NCBI GenBank assembly: GCA_020184695.1 | Contig: JAANOX010000087.1 | Coordinates: 62,001 to 126,000 of the forward strand | From: Histomonas meleagridis 2922-C6/04-290x | Taxonomy: Eukaryota; Protista; Parabasalia | Reading direction: 5' to 3' | DNA length: 64,000 nucleotides | Notes under the pieces: generated by a model | Seen by the model: the letters and a program-made list of their open reading frames with translations, nothing else | Told to the model about the DNA's origin: nothing | The model's database searches: none | Made by a program: the position numbers and the translations under genes | Part shown: positions 57,343 through 64,000 of the stretch, piece after piece | How positions within the stretch are numbered: position 1 is the first letter of the stretch | Layout of the letters: every line of letters starts with the position of its first letter

Positions 57343-59357
57343 ATGGGAAACAGTCAAAGTCATACTACAAAATACAGAAAAAATATTCGAATATTAAGGC
57401 ATATTGAGGAAATTATATTCAATTTAAGTGAGGATAACATTGATGCATATGTTGAGTATTCATTAAGGTACTTTACTACTGAATTATCATATACATTTAT
57501 AGTTATTACATGCAGAATTATCTATGCGTACTTTGTTGCAAAAGGTTTCGATAAGTTATGCCTCGAGTTTATAAAGAAAATGGATACAAAAATTAAAGGA
57601 ATCAAAACAAATGTTAATGTTATCGATGTATTCACTAAACTTCTATTATCTGTACGTATCAAAAGAGACATTTTTGACTCTGTTCACAGTCAGGAAGCAG
57701 TTTATCTTCTTGAAAAAATGATACAGAGCAAAATGATTGGACCAAAAACATGCAAATACTTGCCAATGATATACTTTTCACATTATAAATTGCCTCAGCA
57801 AATTGACAAACTCAAACACAAACAATTTTACGGATACATTTTGGAGAATTACAAAGAACTTTCAAAGAATGATTGGGAACTTCATAAAAGGTATATTAAA
57901 GAAGGACATAATCAAAATGAAATTGCGAAAATAATTCGAAATGATGAAATCGAAAAACTTCAAGAAATATCATCACAAACAAATTTTGATTTTAATCAAA
58001 TAATTGAACCATCACTTTATGAAAGATGTTCATTTATTAATGAAGACAATGTAACATTAATTGATTATGCAGCATTTTTTTCTTCTGTTAAATGTTTTAA
58101 ATATTTACTTATGAACAATGCAAATGTAATTAACACAGGTAAATATGCAATTGCAGGTGGAAATGAAGAAATTATTCATTTATGTGAACAAAATCATTCA
58201 TCTTTTCAAAATGCATATGAAGCAGCAATTATGTTTCATCGAAATGATATCTTTAAATATCTGTATGAAAATAGAACTCAAAATTGTAATTTAAGTGAAT
58301 TAGGAAAGAAATGTATTTTGTATCAAAACTATGAAATATTTTCATGTTTAGAAAAGAAAGGAATTACAATCGATAATTCCATTGTTATATTATCGATTGA
58401 CACAGCGAATTTGTATCTATTGCAGTATCTTTTCCAAAAGCATCCGAACGTTTCATTAAATTTTTTGGATATAAAAACAGTTTCTTACAACGAAGAACTC
58501 TTTAAGAACGTTACTAACAATGAGCGTATTGATTGTAACAATGTAACTTTTACTCCTAATGACCTTTTCGATGCTTCATACCATGGTTATGTTATTATAT
58601 TTAAAATACTTCTTGCACAAGAAGGAACTGATATTAATGCTAAAGATAGTATTTACTTCGAATGTTTTATGTTTTTTTATATATTTTGGAAATTGTTTCG
58701 AATGTTCTGTACGCCGCTGATATTTGCATCGCAAAATGGACATTATGAAATAGTGAAATTACTTCTTGAGCAAAATGGAATTGAAGTAAACACTAAAAAT
58801 AATTACATTTAACTAAAACATTTGGAAATTATATAAATCATTTAGAACGGCACTAATTTACGCAGCTATGAATGAGCACATCGAAGTAGTTAAGCTACTT
58901 CTTGAGTATAATGGAATTGATGTCAACGCTGATGATATGTTATATTTCGTACTTGTGATAATTGTTTCATTTGTTTGCTAACGCGCTTATTTACGCAGTG
59001 AAAAATGGAAATAAGGAAATAGTGAAGTTGCTTCTTGAGCATAATGGAATTGACGTCAATGCAAAAATCGTTTGTATGTATTGTTTGACGTTTCGTAATG
59101 TGATTTTTGGTACGTTCGATGTGTTTTGTTGTGCACTTGTGATCGCCGTGGAAAGGAATTACTGCGGAATTGTGAAGTTACTTCTGATGCATAAGGAAAT
59201 TGACGTGAATGCGAAATGTGTAAATTTGTTTTATGTGGAGTTCGGCTGAAATGTTTGGAATTTGTTCGGTGTATTTAAAACGGCTCTTCGGTGTGCGAAA
59301 TGGAATGACAATGATGAAATAATTAAATTACTTGAAGAGAAAGGAGCTATGAAATGA
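57343..59357 (+). CDS. DUF3447-type domain + ankyrin repeats with five partially spacer-occupied loops
   Basis: ORF 57343..58812 and 58962..59249. Decoded loops DSYGCTPL, NNYGRTAL and CGGKTAL; two loops are less clean. Stop TGA at 59355-59357. Confidence 0.85.
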
Positions 59358-59942
59358 AATTTGTCGTGTGAAAGTAAAATGTGATATTTATTGCAAATCT
59401 AAAACATTTTTTTTTTCAGAATAAAAATATTTTTATCAAAAACTTAAACACAATGGAAAAACGCCTCCTGTAATAATTTATTTAGAAACGCTTCAAAAAT
59501 ATAAAAGATTTCGATATTTGTGTAAATTGAAAGAATTCATATAGTTATTAATTTTTGACACATTTAAATCAATTTTGTAAAAATGATGAAAAAATGGTGC
59601 ACTTGAAAAAAAATTACTTATATCTATATTTTATTACTAAAAGCCACAAATAAATAAATAAAGAAAATCATTTTAACACATGCAAAGCTTTTCGAAAAAA
59701 ATAATTGCTAGCAACGGAATTTCGTATTTTTTAACTATCAAATTCTGAGAAATATTTCTGAAATTTGGTCTATGCTATTGTTTTTTTAAAGGAAAATGAA
59801 TCAAATTGATATTATGTAAGTAAACGAAAAATTATTATACATAAATCACTCAAAAACTTTTCGTTCAGTGAAACAAATACTTATCACAAAACATTAGAGT
59901 TAAAATTTAGTATGAGGTGATTTTTTTTAATTATTTCTTTTT

Positions 59943-62331
59943 TCACCAGATATTGCAATTATTACCTTCATTTCCTTCATTTCGGTCACTATCAATTGCT
60001 CCATGCTCGAGAAGCATCTGAATCAATTCAGGAGAGTAGTAAGGTGGCTTTCGTAGTATCATAATAGCAGTATTAAATAAACCAAATAAATACCAAATAT
60101 TATTTTGAAACTTCAAATTATTTAAATGAATTTTAAATAAAACTTATGAATATCTTTAGCATTAACATCTATTCCTTCATGATCAAGAAGTAACTTAAAT
60201 ACTTTTGGATTATGGCTTATGGTTGCTTCAATAAGTGCTGTTTCAAACATTTTAAATAAATTCCAAATATTATTTTGAAAATCTAAATTATCAAAATAAA
60301 TACTAAGTAAAACAAATGAATATTTTTAGCATTAATATTAATTCCTTTTTGTTGAAGAAGTAATTTAACGACTTTTGGTTTACCAAATGCAGATGATAAC
60401 ATGAGTGCTGTATCAAATAATTTAAATAATTTCCAAATATTAAAATGAAATATAAAGTTATTAATACAAATATTAAATAAAACTTATAAATGTTTGTAGC
60501 ATTAACATCAATAACACCTTTTTCAAGAAGTAATTTAACAATTTCTATATTACCACTTTCTGCTGCATGTATAAATGGAGTATTAAATAAGTTAAATAAT
60601 TTCCAAATATTATTTTGAATTATTAAATAATTTTAATCAACTTTATATTAAACAAAATAAATATCTTTAGCATTAATATCAATACCTTTTTCCTCCAAAA
60701 GTAATTTAGTTATTTCAATATTATTATTACAAACTGCACATATAAGTGCTGTTGAAAATACATTACAAAAACTCCAAATAATATATTAAAACAGAAAATA
60801 TTTCGAAAAAACATTAAATAAAATTAATAAAAATCTTTATCATTAATATTATATCCTTTCTTTTGAAGAATATATTGAACCATTTCTATAGAATTATTTT
60901 TAACTGAAAGAATTAATGGTGTTCTAAATTAAACAAATAAATTCCAAAAACATTTTTAAAACTAAAAATTAGTTTAATAAACATTAAAACAATTAAATAA
61001 ATATCGCGCATATTAACGTCAAATCCTTTTTGATTAAGGATGAATTTCATAAATTCAACATTTAAAGATTCGATTGAAAAGAACATGAAATTCTTTGGGA
61101 TTTCTTTTCCTTCAATGAAATGCATTACTAATAATGCATTACCAGTTCTTGCTGATTCATTAATGATCATATTATTTATTTCCATGTTTTCGTTTTCTAA
61201 TATCGAAAGATATTCATAATTATCATATTGAATACACTTCAATCCTAAATAAGTTAAATTTGTTATTGTTTCAAGTTGATTATCTGAAATATAATTTACA
61301 ATTTCATTTTGATGGAATTCAAGTGCTGTTTCAGTTGCATCTTTAAATGATGTATGATTTTGTTCACATAAATGAATGATTTCTATGTTTCCACCTGCAA
61401 TTGCATATTTAATAGATTGTAATTTTGCACCATTAGCAAGTAAATATTTAAAACATTTAACTGCACCAAAATATGCTGCATAATCAATTAATGGAACTTT
61501 ACTTTGATTAATAAATGAATATCGTTCATAAAGTGATGGCTTAATGAATTGATTTAAATCGAAATTGGATTGTGTCACGATTTCTTGGAATTTTTCTATA
61601 TCATCATTTCGTATTACTCGTGCAAGTTCATTTGGAGCATGTCCTTCTTCAATATATTTCTTATGAAGTTCCCAATCATTTTTAGATAGGTCATCATAGC
61701 CATTTACGAAATCCTCCTCAATATAACTAGTAGCTCGTACTGGTTTGCCTAGATTTTGTTTACGATGTACAAAATAAAATGATTGAATTTTATTAGTAAC
61801 ATCTGGTTCAACTAAATGATTTTTAATCAGTTGTTCAATGATATAAAATGATTCTTGAGTTTGTTTAGGTATAAGATAATTAGTAAATACATTAATTAAC
61901 CTGTTGGAAGCGTCAATTTGAAATTCTTCTTCTTTAGCTTCAATTGATTTAATGTAATCAATATATACTTTAAAGTCTTTCCTTTGAGAAATAAAAGAAA
62001 TTAATAGTATTCGACTGAGTGCATAGTTAAATGAATATGGAAAAAATAAATTAATAAGTTTTATTGTAGATTCAATTGAATCAGAAATATTACTTTCCTC
62101 TAAACCAAAAACAATATTATCAAGCGAATTTAATATATGAATGCATTCGCTGCTTGGAATTGATTCAACATTATTTGTGCTCATGGCTCGAAAATTTTCC
62201 CTCTCGAAAAAAATTTGAACCCGCAAATCTCGTTTCAATTTTGACGGAAACCGGGGAGTGGTGCTCAGAAATTTGGCCGGTTTTATCGCAGCAATTGAAT
62301 TTGGCGTGAATTGTATATCAAAAAGTTCCAT
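59943..62331 (-). CDS. DUF3447-type domain + ankyrin repeats with six spacer/codon blocks
   Basis: ORF 60913..62331, likely ATG at MSTNNV. Blocks decode to DNLGRTPL, DNSGSTAL, DKNGNTPF, NNYGDTAL, NSRGETAL and DKEGNTAI. Stop TGA at 59943-59945. Confidence 0.9.
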
Positions 62332-62591
62332 CGTCTTTAACTGGCACCAACTTAATTTTGGAGATAAATGTGTTTTATTTTTAGGTGATTATAAAAAATG
62401 ACAACTTCTTTCCTAGTGAATACTCTTTGATTGTATCAGGAAAAGGCAATACAGTGATAAACTCGATTCTTTTTATATCTGAAAGTTAATATTATCACAT
62501 AATGAATTTTAGCAACATAATTTTATATAATTTTTTATGTCATAAGCTTTATAAATTCATTAAGAATAAAAAATTCGAATCAATACGCTAT

Positions 62592-63560
62592 TTATGCAAT
62601 TGGAACGCAAGCCATTGATGCAACACCACATTGGTTGTTCTTGTCCTTGATCATACGGATGTAGCCATCTTCACCCCATGAAGTGCCCCATGAGTTACGA
62701 ACGATCCAATAGTTTGTTGTACCTTCTGTTCCATAGCCAACGCAGCCAACGCCGTGATCGAGTGATGTTGATGAGCAACGTGTTTCATCATAGATACCAC
62801 TTGAATAAAGTTGGAAGCTGAAGTGTGAAGCATCGATAGCAATGCATGTTGGGCCATAGTTTGTTACCTTAGCAGCGAGATCTTCTTCATCATATTCAGC
62901 AACTTCGACATAGCTTGAGATTGAACCGACAGCCTTTGATGCATCGAATTTGCATGTTCCTTGAACTGCCTTGTATGGATAATCATCTTCAAGCATGAAT
63001 TTACCATCTTGGTATTTGATAACATAATCATATGCAGATGTCATGAGACCGCCATTGCATCCATAGCATGTTGTAACGCAATCAACAAGGTTTTGTTCGG
63101 ATAATGAATGGAGTTTACCTGTCTTTAAGAAGTATGCGCCTTCAGCACCTTGGATAGCAGAGAATGCCCAGCATGAACCGCAGCTAGCTTGATCCTTGAT
63201 ATCATTAACAGCACCTTTTTCACGCCAGTCGAGGGAACCATTGGTCTTGAAGTTTGATTTCTTAGCTTTGCTAGTTTTGATTTGTGGAACAAATCCAAGA
63301 AGTGATTTGTATTCAGATGGTGTATAAGCAGAGAATTTGTTCATTGAGAGCTTGAAGGTAGAGGCTTGGTTGTGTTCTTGAACAAGACGTTGGTTGGCCA
63401 TCCAGACACCAAAACGTGTTTGATATTCATCACCAGTATAGATTTGGTTGGTTGAACGCATCCATGAAACAAAAGATTTTTCTTCGTGTTCTCGGTAATA
63501 AGCTGAGAATGCAGCAGATAAGAGCAAACTTAACATTTTGTGAAGCAAAAAGCCCCTCAA
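62592..63560 (-). CDS. Cathepsin L-like papain-family cysteine protease
   Basis: Signal peptide, I29 prodomain, QASCGSCWAFS, DHGVGCVGYG and VRNSWG. Likely ATG at 63536. Confidence 0.96.
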   Translation of the reverse strand: MRGFLLHKMLSLLLSAAFSAYYREHEEKSFVSWMRSTNQIYTGDEYQTRFGVWMANQRLVQEHNQASTFKLSMNKFSAYTPSEYKSLLGFVPQIKTSKAKKSNFKTNGSLDWREKGAVNDIKDQASCGSCWAFSAIQGAEGAYFLKTGKLHSLSEQNLVDCVTTCYGCNGGLMTSAYDYVIKYQDGKFMLEDDYPYKAVQGTCKFDASKAVGSISSYVEVAEYDEEDLAAKVTNYGPTCIAIDASHFSFQLYSSGIYDETRCSSTSLDHGVGCVGYGTEGTTNYWIVRNSWGTSWGEDGYIRMIKDKNNQCGVASMACVPIA

Positions 63561-64000
63561 CTGGTGCCATCAAAATTTGAACCAAGTGGTTAACTCCCCT
63601 TCATTGAAAAAACAAACCGAAACTATTGAATTTTAGTTATGAAAAAGTCGGATGATATGAAGAATTATCGACACATCGTAATGATTTTTATCTACTGATA
63701 TGGTCTTCTTTAAAGCTTAATAATTATCAACATTTAATTATTACATAAGCACAACATAAAGAGAGGATGAAAATAAACTTTATTATAGTCAAATTATGAT
63801 ACTACTAATAAATATGATTTTATTTACTATGAGAGATTTCATTTTAACTATTGCATCTAAAAGCCTGGATTTGTTAATTTATTACCAAATTGTGATTATT
63901 ATGTTTCTCAACTTTTATCATAAATTTATCATTTAAATTTGGAATATGAAACCAATAAATTAACGTCAATATGAACATTCAAAATATAGGACAAATAATC

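Overview
AT-rich eukaryotic DNA. It is almost certainly parabasalid (Trichomonas/Tritrichomonas-like), inferred from DUF3447-ankyrin paralogs, BspA-like LRR proteins, divergent PPP phosphatases, a cathepsin-L-like protease and a 23-nt GT-AG intron in a Rab gene. It carries about 25 intact or near-intact genes, including Cbf5/dyskerin, THUMP, striatin-like, ARPC1, an LtaS/sulfatase-like enzyme and GH15, plus several relics. The standout signal is in eight ankyrin-repeat loci on both strands. The beta-hairpin loop (N-x-x-D-x-x-G-x-T) is not encoded contiguously. Single codons are instead separated by ~17-nt U-rich spacers that lack GT-AG ends, typically as an 80-nt block of 4 x (17-nt spacer + 1 codon). 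Removing the spacers restores textbook loops (DKYGKTAL, DNDGNTAL, DEDGDTAL, DKLGRVPL). By manual parse, 37 of 42 blocks put a Gly codon in the ankyrin Gly slot, and 26 blocks are exactly 80 nt. This suggests an undescribed micro-spacer removal or skipping system. The mechanism, and whether processing occurs at all, cannot be established from DNA alone.
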